Source of the DNA: a virus
Taxonomy: Duplodnaviria > Caudoviricetes
Strand: one strand, 5' to 3'
Virus record (IMG/VR): IMGVR_UViG_3300025154_000056
Span: 40,341 to 104,340 of that record
DNA: 64,000 nt
Positions within the stretch are counted from its first letter, which is position 1. Each line of letters begins with the position of its first letter. The notes under the pieces were generated by a model that saw only the letters and a program-made list of their open reading frames with translations, did not search any database and had not been told where the DNA came from. Positions 37,986 to 48,025 of this stretch are shown here, one piece after another. The translations under genes were made by a program, and so were the position numbers.

Positions 37986-40120
37986 TGCGGCTCAGGCTTA
38001 TCTCTCCTCCGATGACTACCGCCATTGTGAAGTGGCAGCAGGGCGAGCTTGACTTCTCCACGCCCAAAAGCGTGGTGACGTACAGGCTGCGCAAGTCAGC
38101 GAAGTCTACGTTCCTATCCTTTGAGCAGAAGCACCCACACTGCATCGTAGCTGACACACCAAAGAAGGTGGCAAAAGCACTTGCTCTAATGGAGCGAGTA
38201 CCACTCCTCGGGTTCGACGTTGAGACCATTGGCTCAGATGTCGGTGAGGAGCACCCAATTGGTAAGGCTAAGGTGCTGTCACTCCAGTTGGCTGGTCGAG
38301 TCGACGGGGTGATGTGGGCTGTCTTCGTACCCAACTGGGGCAAGTACGCAGGCACTCTGCGGAAATTCAAGGCGCTCCTTGAGGGCGACAAAGACAAAAC
38401 TGCCCACAACGGTAAGTACGACATCCACGCTTTGTTGAACCACGGCGTCTCAGTCGATGGGTTCCTCCACGATACGCTAATTACTGACAAGCTATTCGCA
38501 ACACAAGAGATGCTGCATGGCTTGAAGGAATGCATGCGTAGGTACTTCGGTAGGGATGCAAAGGATTACAAGGAAGTCTTCAAGACTCCGTACATCAAGA
38601 AGAACGGTCAGCCAGGCAAGCGCATGGTGCTCCAGCCGCTTGAAGAAGTCATCAAGACTCAGGCTGGCATCTGGAAGCTGATCGACTACGCCATAAAAGA
38701 CCCAATCTATTCTGTAGAGCTAGCTGAATACCTACAGAAGAAGCTTGAGAAGGTGGAGTGGAGCAAGCGTGGATCCTACTGGGACTACTACGTAGGATTC
38801 GAAGAGCCTTTCATTCGTGTGTTGGTAGATGTCGAGCGCAACGGCATGTACATCGACCAGCCCAAACTAAATGCCATTCGTGTAGAGATAGAGGAGGCGC
38901 TCACCAAAGCTGAGTGGGCGTTTATGAAGGCGTGTGTTTCTGCTGGAGTCCCAGCAGAGTTCATGGAGTCCTTCAACCTCAACTCGCAAAAGCAACTGGC
39001 TGCATTGTTCCAGAAGCTTGGTGCGAAGATTGTTGACCTCACACCCACTGGGCTACCCAAAGTCGATGAGGCGTCTCTCAAGAAGATCAAGGGTGGCAAG
39101 AAGGTCAAGAAGGTCATCAAAGCACTGCTAGAGTGCAGACGACTGCTCAAGAGCCTCACCACCTACGTTGACCCGCTGCTCAAGTACAGCAAAGAGTATG
39201 GCGGGCGAGTACACACTGATCTGAAGCATGCTGGCACAGCCACCTGGCGGCTGTCGTCTGCAAATCCAAACTTCCAAAATGTGCCCACAGGGGCAAAGGA
39301 TACGTACTCCATACGTGGGTGCATCATCGCTGAATTCTCAACCCACGTGATCGCAGACATCGACTTGTCACAGATTGAGATGCGTCTAATGGCGCACTTC
39401 AGTCGAGACAAGCGGATGCTGCAAGCTATCAGAGACGGTTGGGATCTCCACTCCCTCGCGGCGTGGAACCTAGCACAGCACGGACTCTTCCCGGAGATCA
39501 AGGCGCACTTCGGTGCTAGAGAGCTAAGCAAAGAGGTCCTGGCTGAGCTGGCTGAGGTGTTCCCAGACCAGCGTAAGAAAGCAAAGACTATCAATTTCGG
39601 CGTGGGTTACGGTATGGGGCCGACCCGCTACGCAGTGATGACTGGGTCCTCCATGGACGAGGGACGCAGGGCCATTCAAGCGTTCTTCAAGGGCTTCCCA
39701 GGGCTCAAATACAACATCGAGAATGTACGCAAGTACGCTCATGAGCACGGGCACATCCGTACCCTGCTGCGTAAGTACGTTGGTATCCCGTTCATCAATC
39801 ACCCCGATGAAGGGCTGCGCGCTGCTGGTGAGAGGCAGGCATACAACTACCTGATTCAAGGGAGTGCAGCAGAGCTACTCAAGATGAGTATGATTCTAAT
39901 CCACAATGATGAGGTGCTGCGTGGTCTAGGTGTCAAGATGATCATGCAGATTCATGACGAGCTTCTGTTCGAGATGCCTCTGGCATCTATGGCTGAAGCT
40001 ACGCCCATCATCGAGGACTACGTCAGCCACCCATACAGGTACTTCGGGATGAAAGACCTTCTGGTGGATACACCGGCTGACCTCGGCAGTGGCATTTCTT
40101 GGGCAGAAGCGAAGCACTGA
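37985..40120 (+). CDS. polA: family A DNA polymerase with 3'-5' exonuclease
   Basis: FDVET, HNGKYD, YAIKD; RLSSANPNFQN; DLSQIEMR; RKKAKTINFGVGYG; NYLIQGSAA; QIHDEL. Confidence 0.96.
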   Translation: MRLRLISPPMTTAIVKWQQGELDFSTPKSVVTYRLRKSAKSTFLSFEQKHPHCIVADTPKKVAKALALMERVPLLGFDVETIGSDVGEEHPIGKAKVLSLQLAGRVDGVMWAVFVPNWGKYAGTLRKFKALLEGDKDKTAHNGKYDIHALLNHGVSVDGFLHDTLITDKLFATQEMLHGLKECMRRYFGRDAKDYKEVFKTPYIKKNGQPGKRMVLQPLEEVIKTQAGIWKLIDYAIKDPIYSVELAEYLQKKLEKVEWSKRGSYWDYYVGFEEPFIRVLVDVERNGMYIDQPKLNAIRVEIEEALTKAEWAFMKACVSAGVPAEFMESFNLNSQKQLAALFQKLGAKIVDLTPTGLPKVDEASLKKIKGGKKVKKVIKALLECRRLLKSLTTYVDPLLKYSKEYGGRVHTDLKHAGTATWRLSSANPNFQNVPTGAKDTYSIRGCIIAEFSTHVIADIDLSQIEMRLMAHFSRDKRMLQAIRDGWDLHSLAAWNLAQHGLFPEIKAHFGARELSKEVLAELAEVFPDQRKKAKTINFGVGYGMGPTRYAVMTGSSMDEGRRAIQAFFKGFPGLKYNIENVRKYAHEHGHIRTLLRKYVGIPFINHPDEGLRAAGERQAYNYLIQGSAAELLKMSMILIHNDEVLRGLGVKMIMQIHDELLFEMPLASMAEATPIIEDYVSHPYRYFGMKDLLVDTPADLGSGISWAEAKH

Positions 40121-40125
40121 CATAA

Positions 40126-40437
40126 TTGAAAGGAGGAATTCACGTGATTCGAGGATGCATCCCAGCCAGGACCGACGGACCCAGGGCATTCGCTGTGGAC
40201 ATCAACCTGAGGGAGATTCTATCCCTTGTGCGAAAGATGGACATGGTATTCAACAGCAGGACGCAGGTGCTACGTGTCACATGCACGATCCACCACTCGG
40301 AGGGCGAGGAGGGATACGATATCGGCGTATCGTCGATTGTCTCTAACGGAGAGTCAACACTGTCGAAACTTCTACGTGTCGTGTGCATCGGACCACTTTC
40401 ACGCTTACGTCAGGAGCCGCAACGGGATAGTGAGTGA
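40126..40437 (+). CDS. hypothetical protein
   Basis: Fills the gap after polA; strong AGGAGG suggests a start near 40144. Confidence 0.5.
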   Translation: MKGGIHVIRGCIPARTDGPRAFAVDINLREILSLVRKMDMVFNSRTQVLRVTCTIHHSEGEEGYDIGVSSIVSNGESTLSKLLRVVCIGPLSRLRQEPQRDSE

Positions 40438-40554
40438 GGGATACTGGAAGGGCTGGGGCCTGACGATGCTGCTTCGACACCTGCACGCCCGCAAGCATCT
40501 CATCGTCGAGTGCCCCATGCTCACAGTCTTCCGATTACGAGTGAGGAGAGCTAA

Positions 40555-41802
40555 ATGGGTACCCTAGAGATACTAGACGCGATCGAGGAGGCACAAGGAC
40601 GCAAAGAGAAGACAGCTATTCTCAAGGCGAACAGTGGCAACAGCAACCTGACACGTACCCTGTACTACGGAATGAACCCGTACATGACCTACTGGTTCAG
40701 CGACGCACCTACTTGGTCCTCCCTACCAATGTCGCATTCCGGCAGGTTCATTCAGTTCGAGCCATTCTTTGCTTTGCTGGAGGCAATCAACCGCAGGCAG
40801 TACACAGGCAAGGCACTGCATAATAAAGTAGGTTTATTCTTCGATGACCTACACCCCAAGGCCAAGAAGTGGTTCGGTCGTGTGCTGCAGAAGAACATGC
40901 GGCTTGGTATCTCCTACTCCAGCGTCAACAAGGTGATCCCAGGACTTGTTCCTGGGTTTGCTGTGCAGCTAGCCCACCCGCTGAAGGTGCCTCTGGAAGA
41001 CCTACAGTACCCACTAATCATGGACGCGAAGATGGATGGCATCCGATGTGTGGTTAGCAAGACACGCAAGGGTGTAGTGGAGATGCGAACCCGTAAGGGG
41101 TTCCTAATCGATACCCTACCTACCATAAAGAGATTGTTTGAAAGATGCCCATTCAGTGACTTCGTCATCGACGGAGAAGCAAAGGGAGCAGACTGGAACG
41201 AGAGCCAGTCAGTAATCGGGTCGAGTGTCAACAAGAAGCTAGATGAAAAGATTGTATTCTGGGCGTTCGATTACGTGAAGCTCGACACATTCATCAATCA
41301 GACGATTTCTATTCCATACAAGGACCGGCTTGTTATTCTTCGAAAAATCATCGGAGAGATTACGAGCGCTCGCGTCACAGTGGTCCGAGGTAAGGTAGTT
41401 AGGAACGCAGCAGAGGCGGGCGCGCTCTACCAAGAGTTCCTCGATGAGGGGCACGAAGGTGGGATGCTCAAGGACCCAAATGCACCGTATCAATTCACCA
41501 GAACCAAGGCAGTCCAGAAGCTCAAGCCACGCGAGTCGTGGACTGGCATTGTTGTGGGGCTCACAGAGGGTACAGGTAAGCACAAGGGCACTCTCGGGGC
41601 CCTGCTTGTGTCCATCGGTGGAAAGGTCACCAGCGTGGGCTCAGGCTTCTCTGATGAGGTACGCAGACAGGTGTGGTACGACCCTGGTAGCGCCATGCAG
41701 AAGCTTGTCGAAGTGGTCGGGCAGGACATGACAGGAGATGGTAAGATCCGATTCCCAATCTTCAAGGGATGGAGAGCTACACAGGATGTAGAGGTGGACT
41801 AA
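40555..41802 (+). CDS. lig: ATP-dependent DNA ligase
   Basis: KMDGIR, IDGE, FWAFD, HEGGMLK, KLK, VGSGFS, RFPIF. Confidence 0.95.
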   Translation: MGTLEILDAIEEAQGRKEKTAILKANSGNSNLTRTLYYGMNPYMTYWFSDAPTWSSLPMSHSGRFIQFEPFFALLEAINRRQYTGKALHNKVGLFFDDLHPKAKKWFGRVLQKNMRLGISYSSVNKVIPGLVPGFAVQLAHPLKVPLEDLQYPLIMDAKMDGIRCVVSKTRKGVVEMRTRKGFLIDTLPTIKRLFERCPFSDFVIDGEAKGADWNESQSVIGSSVNKKLDEKIVFWAFDYVKLDTFINQTISIPYKDRLVILRKIIGEITSARVTVVRGKVVRNAAEAGALYQEFLDEGHEGGMLKDPNAPYQFTRTKAVQKLKPRESWTGIVVGLTEGTGKHKGTLGALLVSIGGKVTSVGSGFSDEVRRQVWYDPGSAMQKLVEVVGQDMTGDGKIRFPIFKGWRATQDVEVD

Positions 41803-42581
41803 TGCACGTAACCAAATTCAAAGACGGGATTGTGATCTGCGGTAGCTTCCCTAGCGAGGCTGTAGTGGTTCGCATTGCAAAGGAGCTTGCGGAGAAGCAT
41901 GACCACAGGTTGCCTCTTGTTGTTGCGGACCCGCCCTACGGAAATGTCACAAAGAACGACTGGGATAAAGTCAAGCTCACAGACGCAGCTTACGCCATGA
42001 AGTTGGTCGAGGGTATGCAAGAGCTTGAAGGTCTGCAGTCCCACGGAGATGTAGCCTATTGGTGGGGAGGTATTGGTAAGCCCGGCTTCCGACCCTTCTT
42101 CAAGTTTATCTCCTCGACCGAAACCCATACTGCATATCAGATGGTGGACCTGGTCACGTGGAAAAAGAAACGTGGTTATGGTGTACAGAACAAGTACCTG
42201 TTCGTTAGAGAGGAGTTGGCTTACTTCTGTCTCGGTGGAACCAAACCCAATGTATTCAACATACCGCTCCTAGACAAGGAGAGGGGCTACGCGGGCTATA
42301 ACGAAAAATATCCGGCTAAGAGTAAATACCTTAGGAGGACTAATGTGTGGGATGACATCACCGAGATACTACGTGGTAAGACCCACGATGCGGAAAAGCC
42401 TGTGGCGCTTAGTGGCATCCTTATTACTGCGCACACTAAGCCAGGAGACGTCGTGCTCGACCTGTACTCGGCAAGTGGATCGTGCTCTATCGCAGCTAGG
42501 AGTCTAGGTCGTCAGTTCATAGCTGTTGAGAGAGACCCGGCTGAGTACGCAAAGATTGTGGCTAAATTGAGGAGAAACTAA
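41802..42581 (+). CDS. N6-adenine/N4-cytosine DNA methyltransferase (beta class)
   Basis: VADPPYG, TNVWDD, HDAEKP, PGDVVLDLYSASGS, GRQFIAVE. Confidence 0.92.
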   Translation: MHVTKFKDGIVICGSFPSEAVVVRIAKELAEKHDHRLPLVVADPPYGNVTKNDWDKVKLTDAAYAMKLVEGMQELEGLQSHGDVAYWWGGIGKPGFRPFFKFISSTETHTAYQMVDLVTWKKKRGYGVQNKYLFVREELAYFCLGGTKPNVFNIPLLDKERGYAGYNEKYPAKSKYLRRTNVWDDITEILRGKTHDAEKPVALSGILITAHTKPGDVVLDLYSASGSCSIAARSLGRQFIAVERDPAEYAKIVAKLRRN

Positions 42582-42865
42582 TGGATATCGAAACCCCCAA
42601 CCTCGTGATTGAAGACAACACCACAGCAGGACGAGTTGCAAATCAGCAGCGTGGTATTCCATGGCGCGTGGTCAAGCCTGGGAACGTCTTCCCTAGTAGG
42701 CACGACCGGCTGAAGAGTGAAGCTATCGCCCGTAACGCCAGCCACCATGACCTCACCCTCAAGGAGGAGAGTCGAATCAACCGCAACGCTATTCGTAAGT
42801 ATCGACAGGCTCGTAAGGCAGCTCGTCGAGCACTGCGCCTCGCTCACTTCCACGGTGGCGAATGA
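42581..42865 (+). CDS. basic hypothetical protein
   Basis: Coupled at both ends. Confidence 0.6.
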   Translation: MDIETPNLVIEDNTTAGRVANQQRGIPWRVVKPGNVFPSRHDRLKSEAIARNASHHDLTLKEESRINRNAIRKYRQARKAARRALRLAHFHGGE

Positions 42866-43938
42866 AAGTCCGACTCACAGCAGAGCCATCCCCCGAGAAG
42901 AAGAGGGTGGCAGCTCTAAAGAAGCTTACTGTCGACATCAACAAGGCACTTGGGGTCGAAGGCAAGCTAGTATTGGGCAGTGACCATGCTGGTATAATCA
43001 GGGTTCCTATTGGGGTTCTGGGTCTCGACGTGATCACAGGTGGTGGGCTACCACGAGGCAACATGGTCGAGCTGTACGGAGCAGAGTCCTCAGGTAAGAC
43101 CCTGTTCACCATGAATATGGTGAAAGCTATTCAGAAGCTCGGAGAACCAGTCGTGTGGCTCAAGGGTGAGGGATTCGACAAGCCATGGATGGAAAAGAAT
43201 GGCGTTGATTTGAGCCTCTTGTACCTAGCTGAGGCCAAGGCAGGAGACAAGGCACTGGAGGCAGTACTCACTGCCCTGGAGAGCGGCTTGGTTGGTGGTG
43301 TCGTGGTCGACTCTGTACAGAGCCTTGCTACCTCCCGAGAGATGTCCGACTCAGTAGAGCAGGAGAGCTATGGAGGAGGCGGCTCGGGCCAGATGTGGGG
43401 CAGGGTCATGCGCAAAGCCTATGCGTACGCGAACAGCGGCAAGGCAGCGAACACATGCTTCATCACCATTTCACAGGTGCGGGAGGCTATCGGCAGCTTC
43501 GGCAAACACAAGCCCGCCCCCAAGCCCACCGGCATCCGGTCCATTAGGCATTGGAAAGCCATCTCTTTGGAGTGCAAAGCAAGCGAACCGTTCTTCATCA
43601 ATGAAAAGATTGATGAACGCAAGTTGATGTACGCTCGTGAGTTCGTAGTCAGGTGTAGGAAAAACAAGACTTCAATTCCAGAGCGCTCAGCCACCATCCG
43701 GTACTACTTCCGAAAGCATGAAGGAGTACCGTTTGGTGTGGACCACGCAGACCAGATTTTCAGGTACGCAAAAGCGTATGATCTGCTGGAGGTCAGCGGC
43801 TCCTGGTACAACATCGGAGAAGACTTCAAAGCTCAAGGCAAGGAACCCTTCCTGGAGGAGTTGAGGAAGCACCCAGCATATATGAAGAAACTCTACAACC
43901 AGATACTCAAGCTCGTAGACAAGGAGGCAAACGGGTGA
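42862..43938 (+). CDS. recA: RecA/UvsX recombinase
   Basis: GGGLPRG..VELYGAESSGKT, VVVDSV, ISQVRE, KNKT, SGSWY, QGKE. Confidence 0.95.
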   Translation: MKVRLTAEPSPEKKRVAALKKLTVDINKALGVEGKLVLGSDHAGIIRVPIGVLGLDVITGGGLPRGNMVELYGAESSGKTLFTMNMVKAIQKLGEPVVWLKGEGFDKPWMEKNGVDLSLLYLAEAKAGDKALEAVLTALESGLVGGVVVDSVQSLATSREMSDSVEQESYGGGGSGQMWGRVMRKAYAYANSGKAANTCFITISQVREAIGSFGKHKPAPKPTGIRSIRHWKAISLECKASEPFFINEKIDERKLMYAREFVVRCRKNKTSIPERSATIRYYFRKHEGVPFGVDHADQIFRYAKAYDLLEVSGSWYNIGEDFKAQGKEPFLEELRKHPAYMKKLYNQILKLVDKEANG

Positions 43939-44321
43939 TCCAAGAGAAGGAAGACAAGCATCTTTGGCGTCTGAACTACGTCACTCCAGACGCGGCTAGG
44001 GTATTTGTGGGGTATGTGCTGGCTCAGACGTGGTTCCTGGCTAGGCAGGCAGCGGAGCCTCTCTTTCGTCGCAGCTACAAGGAAGCGTGGCCCGTTGTGC
44101 ACGCTGACCATGATGGGAATGAAGCTCCTTTCATTATCAACAGCGTAAAGGTGAAGCAAATTGAGGAAGCCCAAGTTGTTGAGCCCCAAACGCCCCTCCA
44201 CGGAGCGCATACGGAAGTCGAGAAAGCAAGAGCAGGATCTAGCGAGCAGGCTTTCAGGTGGCTCCCGAGTACCAGGCAGTGGGAACCAGTGGCACTCGAA
44301 AGGCGACGTAAAAAGCGATGA
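43935..44321 (+). CDS. hypothetical protein
   Basis: GTGA coupling to recA; SD AAGGAGG; 3' part overlaps the next gene. Confidence 0.55.
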   Translation: MIQEKEDKHLWRLNYVTPDAARVFVGYVLAQTWFLARQAAEPLFRRSYKEAWPVVHADHDGNEAPFIINSVKVKQIEEAQVVEPQTPLHGAHTEVEKARAGSSEQAFRWLPSTRQWEPVALERRRKKR

Positions 44322-44499
44322 ACTATTGGTGGAGTGTAAGACCACCGAAAAGGCTTCGTACAGGCTATCGCTGGATACATTGAAGACCGCCGAGTTAGAC
44401 GCTATAATGGCAGGCAAACTCGGAGTGCTACAGCTGGAGATGCAGGGTAGGAAGTACGCTGTACTGAGCTGGGACGAATTCGAAAGGTTGATAAAGTGA
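44161..44499 (+). CDS. PD-(D/E)XK Holliday junction resolvase-like nuclease
   Basis: SRKQE..LA..GG.RVPGSG..KGDV..LLVECKTT. Confidence 0.8.
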   Translation: MRKPKLLSPKRPSTERIRKSRKQEQDLASRLSGGSRVPGSGNQWHSKGDVKSDELLVECKTTEKASYRLSLDTLKTAELDAIMAGKLGVLQLEMQGRKYAVLSWDEFERLIK

Positions 44500-45290
44500 A
44501 ACGACTTAGCGACTTGATCAGAGGAGAGCGCCCCCGCCTTGGCGCCTCCCGACGAAAGAAGGATGCCCCTGAAGCGGTCGCATCCTTGTTTGATGTTGAG
44601 AAGTTCATTGGGCTGGACCACCAAGAAGAGCCACCGAACCTGATCGAGGTCATGCAAGACTGTCAGACGCAGATGAATGCGGAGTTGAACTTCTTCCGCC
44701 CGTCTGGCTTGTTTAGGTGCGAAAGAGCCGCAGTGTTTTCGTACAGGAATGCAAAGAAGAGTAGGGCCCAGACGGACCCTACTCTCATGCGTATCTTGGA
44801 CGAGGGTACTGCAGTGCACACAGTAGTGCAGAGGTACTTGGGGAATGACAGACACAAGTACTACTTTGTGCCAGAGGCACGGAGCTACACCAAGATTGGT
44901 CCTTATGCATTCAGCGGAAGCTGCGATGGCATTCTCATCCGGCGTAGTGACAATTACCGTTGGGCAATTGAGATCAAAACCATCTCCGAGAAGGGCTTCG
45001 ACAAGCTAGGTCGCAAAGCGAAGCGAGAGCACGAGCGGCAGGCGGTCCTATACGCCCTTGCTCACAAGGTTTGGTGGGTCTCCTTCCTCTACTGGAATAA
45101 GAGCAATGGAACTGTCAAGACCTTCAACTTCAAAGCGGATCAGAAGACGGTACTAGAGTGTACCGCTCGCATGGATCATCTCTACGCTTTCGTCAAGGCA
45201 AACAAGCTGCCTCAATTCGACGCCAGGCAGTGCAACCCAGGCATGTGCCCTCACGTTGAGATCTGCAAAAAGAACGGAGGTAATCCGTGA
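44496..45290 (+). CDS. Cas4-like PD-(D/E)XK exonuclease
   Basis: RPSGLFRCER, GTAVH, GSCDG, IEIKT, QAVLY, C-terminal CxxxxCxxxxxC. Confidence 0.85.
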   Translation: MKRLSDLIRGERPRLGASRRKKDAPEAVASLFDVEKFIGLDHQEEPPNLIEVMQDCQTQMNAELNFFRPSGLFRCERAAVFSYRNAKKSRAQTDPTLMRILDEGTAVHTVVQRYLGNDRHKYYFVPEARSYTKIGPYAFSGSCDGILIRRSDNYRWAIEIKTISEKGFDKLGRKAKREHERQAVLYALAHKVWWVSFLYWNKSNGTVKTFNFKADQKTVLECTARMDHLYAFVKANKLPQFDARQCNPGMCPHVEICKKNGGNP

Positions 45291-45532
45291 AAGTCGTTGA
45301 GTTGCTGAAGCCAGAGCCTGACCAGGCAATCATCGCCATGCTTGAGGACCTGTTGTCGAAGGCAAAGCAAGGTGATGTGACAGCTATAGCTGTCGCAGCA
45401 CAAGTACGCATCGATGGAGACTCGGGTACGCTTGTGGGCTACGACCTAGGGCAGAACGGAGACATTGCTCACCTGGTGTGCGCAATAGAAAGAACCAAAC
45501 TAGCCCTGCTGAGGGCAGGGAATGAGGATTGA
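45287..45532 (+). CDS. hypothetical protein
   Basis: Coupled; SD GGAGG. Confidence 0.6.
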   Translation: MKVVELLKPEPDQAIIAMLEDLLSKAKQGDVTAIAVAAQVRIDGDSGTLVGYDLGQNGDIAHLVCAIERTKLALLRAGNED

Positions 45533-45729
45533 TCATGATGAAGGTTGGAGAGAGGTACGAGACGGAGATCACTAACGCTCATACTGGTGAGAGCCACCGT
45601 GTTTGGGTAACGCTAGAAGCCCTGAGAGAAGATGGCACGATGGTGCTGAAAGTAGATGAAGATTCAATCTACAAGCCAGGTGTTTGTTTTGACATCGCGC
45701 CAGTGGTTGTAGGTAAAGGAGCAAATTGA
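45529..45729 (+). CDS. hypothetical protein
   Basis: Coupled. Confidence 0.55.
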   Translation: MIMMKVGERYETEITNAHTGESHRVWVTLEALREDGTMVLKVDEDSIYKPGVCFDIAPVVVGKGAN

Positions 45730-45923
45730 TGCCTCGTATTGAGAGCTTGTTTGACGAACCTGAAGACCTCGATGAGGATTTCGACAACACCACTCGTTCG
45801 CTGAGAGACCTCATGGACGGAGGTGACTGCCTTGCTTGTGACAGCGTGGATGAGCTGGAGTCAGAGCCTGGTGTGTGCTGGGGTGACGGCGCGCTGTCAG
45901 GTGTTGGAGGTAGGAACTACTGA
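45726..45923 (+). CDS. acidic hypothetical protein
   Basis: Coupled; SD AAGGAG. Confidence 0.55.
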   Translation: MMPRIESLFDEPEDLDEDFDNTTRSLRDLMDGGDCLACDSVDELESEPGVCWGDGALSGVGGRNY

Positions 45924-45995
45924 TCCTGTCATCGAAATTCTGAGCGGACCCAATTTTGGCTTATGGGTCGCCGACAAACTGAAGGACTTGGCGTA

Positions 45996-46391
45996 ATGAA
46001 AGACATTGAGATTGACCACTTCGGCACTCCAGGTAACCCGACAACCCCCCGGTCGGAAACCCCTGATGTAGTTCGGGCACCCTTCACCGAGAACTCCATG
46101 CTCGGTCAAATCACTGTTGGTGAATTCATCACAGTGATGACGCACCTTGAGCAAACCAAGCAGTACGCAAATGCAAAGAAGGAACACGAAATCGCAAGTC
46201 GAGTGTTCCAAGACGTAGTGGGGATCACAGCCACTGCCGCTCACCCTTTCCGAATCAAGACCTTAGACGACGTGGAGAAGCTCCACGAGATGCTCACCAA
46301 GGCCATGAAGGAGGGTGTAGAGGGTGATGAAATTGCTGTGATGCTCGCTATAGTCAGCCCTCCAGCGCAGCCCACGTACAAGGGTGTGTGA
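45996..46391 (+). CDS. hypothetical protein
   Basis: SD AAGGA; codon usage like neighbours. Confidence 0.6.
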   Translation: MKDIEIDHFGTPGNPTTPRSETPDVVRAPFTENSMLGQITVGEFITVMTHLEQTKQYANAKKEHEIASRVFQDVVGITATAAHPFRIKTLDDVEKLHEMLTKAMKEGVEGDEIAVMLAIVSPPAQPTYKGV

Positions 46392-46867
46392 TGGCTCGAA
46401 AGAGCGCTATTTACCAGTGTCCTGTTTGTGGTCGCGGGATTGCGGCTACAACACAGGACCCTGTCGTTTCTAGTAGTCAAACAGGAAGATTCTATTACCA
46501 CAAGAAGTGCTACACAGCACTGTGGAGATACCTCCGTGAAGATCCGTCTTACCGAGAAACAAAACCCATCACAAAAGGTGACCTCTCGAAAGCCCTCAAA
46601 GCTGTCGCGAAAAAGACTCGATTCGATTCGCGAAAAAGCAGCGCAGGCCCATCTAGAGGTCACAAAAGGATTCGCCTCGTTGCAGGTGCGGGTACCCCCC
46701 AGGCCAGCACTCAAAAACGGGCAGCTACTCGAACCTCTGCTACCAGAAGATCTGACGGTGCTAAACGATGTCCTGTTGGGTCGTCTGTTTTCAGAGTTCG
46801 CCTGCATGGCACAGTACGTTCAACTCCATCTAGCAGCGAAGTCCGTCAACACGGCGATAAAGCGTAG
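46388..46867 (+). CDS. Zn-binding hypothetical protein with overprinted tail
   Basis: CPVC...HKKC; coupled to the upstream gene. Confidence 0.5.
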   Translation: MMARKSAIYQCPVCGRGIAATTQDPVVSSSQTGRFYYHKKCYTALWRYLREDPSYRETKPITKGDLSKALKAVAKKTRFDSRKSSAGPSRGHKRIRLVAGAGTPQASTQKRAATRTSATRRSDGAKRCPVGSSVFRVRLHGTVRSTPSSSEVRQHGDKA

Positions 46868-47102
46868 GATTGAGCGACATATCAGAGCGTCTGTCAGGCT
46901 TGAGAAGGATGGGACAGTCGAAGACAAGACAGCACAGGTGGATGTCGACATACGGTCGATTGACATCTCCTTCGATTTGGCTGTCGCAGAAGGCGTCGAA
47001 GTGATGACAAAAGGAGTGATGGATATGTACGTCTCAGGGCGTGATGCCATCTCCAGAGAGATCACTAGGCGTCAGATGATTCTGAAAGAGAGAGCGCTAT
47101 GA
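46536..47102 (+). CDS. UvsY-like recombination mediator (helical)
   Basis: GTG start after GGAG; C-terminal AISREITRR; recombination context. Confidence 0.55.
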   Translation: MKIRLTEKQNPSQKVTSRKPSKLSRKRLDSIREKAAQAHLEVTKGFASLQVRVPPRPALKNGQLLEPLLPEDLTVLNDVLLGRLFSEFACMAQYVQLHLAAKSVNTAIKRRIERHIRASVRLEKDGTVEDKTAQVDVDIRSIDISFDLAVAEGVEVMTKGVMDMYVSGRDAISREITRRQMILKERAL

Positions 47103-47410
47103 CGGATATCAATAGTACCCCTGATATGGAACTCCGTGTCAAGAACACTACCAATGTGCAGCACCTCGCCACTTCGATCGTCAAGAACATCGAAGAGGGG
47201 CGTAAGGTCTTTATGTCTTGTATCGGTGTGCAGTCCATCTCTCAGGCCACCAAGAGCCTCGCCATTGCGAATGGTAAGGTGGCCCCAACTGGTTACATGC
47301 TGTGTTGCATACCTGCTTTTCATCATGAGGTGCTTAGCAGTGAGGATGGAGGCGACGAAAAGAAGACAATCATTCATCTGCGTCTGCGCAAAATCAATCT
47401 AGGTGATTGA
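47099..47410 (+). CDS. spoVS: SpoVS-family (Alba-fold) nucleic-acid-binding protein
   Basis: LRVK...LATSI, IGVQSISQATKSLAIANGKVAPTGYMLCCIPAF. Confidence 0.88.
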   Translation: MTDINSTPDMELRVKNTTNVQHLATSIVKNIEEGRKVFMSCIGVQSISQATKSLAIANGKVAPTGYMLCCIPAFHHEVLSSEDGGDEKKTIIHLRLRKINLGD

Positions 47411-48025
47411 ATGGGACGCTCGCAGAGGCAAAAAGGTGCTCGTGGGGAGCGCAGGGTAGCGAATGAGCTGCGTGAACTGCTTGCGCCTCACTTCCCAGAG
47501 CTGGTGGACCACATACGGCGTGGTGCTCAGTCTCGGGAAGGTGACGACAATGCAGACGTAGAGGGCATTCCTGGCCTTTGGTTCGAGGTGAAGCACGGGA
47601 AGCTACCAAACCCTCGTGCTGCCCTCGACCAAGCCACTACAGCGTCTGCTGGGAGGCGTACGCCCCTAGCAGTCATCATCGACGACCGAAAACCCCCCTT
47701 CGTAGTGATGTGGTGGGACGACATACAGCAATTCATACTGACCTATTTGGAGAAGACCTATGTACGACAGGGATTTGTACATGCCCGGCCCGGACGGGAC
47801 GATGTTTCAGATCACGCGGGATCTGGACGGCACAACGACAGCAACCCCAGTGACCGACCCCGAAGCGAAATTCATCGAGGTAACGGAAAAGGATCTGTCG
47901 GGCAACGTGAAGTCAACGGGGTGGTACCACCTAGCGCAGGACATCGAAGAGGCGAAGAAGCAAGCGGAGGACAACAGTCACAGGTTGTTTTTCGGTATCG
48001 AAGAAAACGAGAAAGACCCTGCTAA
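47411..48025 (+). CDS. Holliday junction resolvase-like nuclease (archaeal Hjc type) with overprinted tail
   Basis: SQRQKGARGERRVA..L, ADV, WFEVK. Confidence 0.8.
   Translation: MGRSQRQKGARGERRVANELRELLAPHFPELVDHIRRGAQSREGDDNADVEGIPGLWFEVKHGKLPNPRAALDQATTASAGRRTPLAVIIDDRKPPFVVMWWDDIQQFILTYLEKTYVRQGFVHARPGRDDVSDHAGSGRHNDSNPSDRPRSEIHRGNGKGSVGQREVNGVVPPSAGHRRGEEASGGQQSQVVFRYRRKRERPC

Noticed and set aside
44496-45290. Cas4 as evidence of a CRISPR-Cas system
   Set aside because: Solo Cas4-like nuclease in a recombination module; no array or other cas genes
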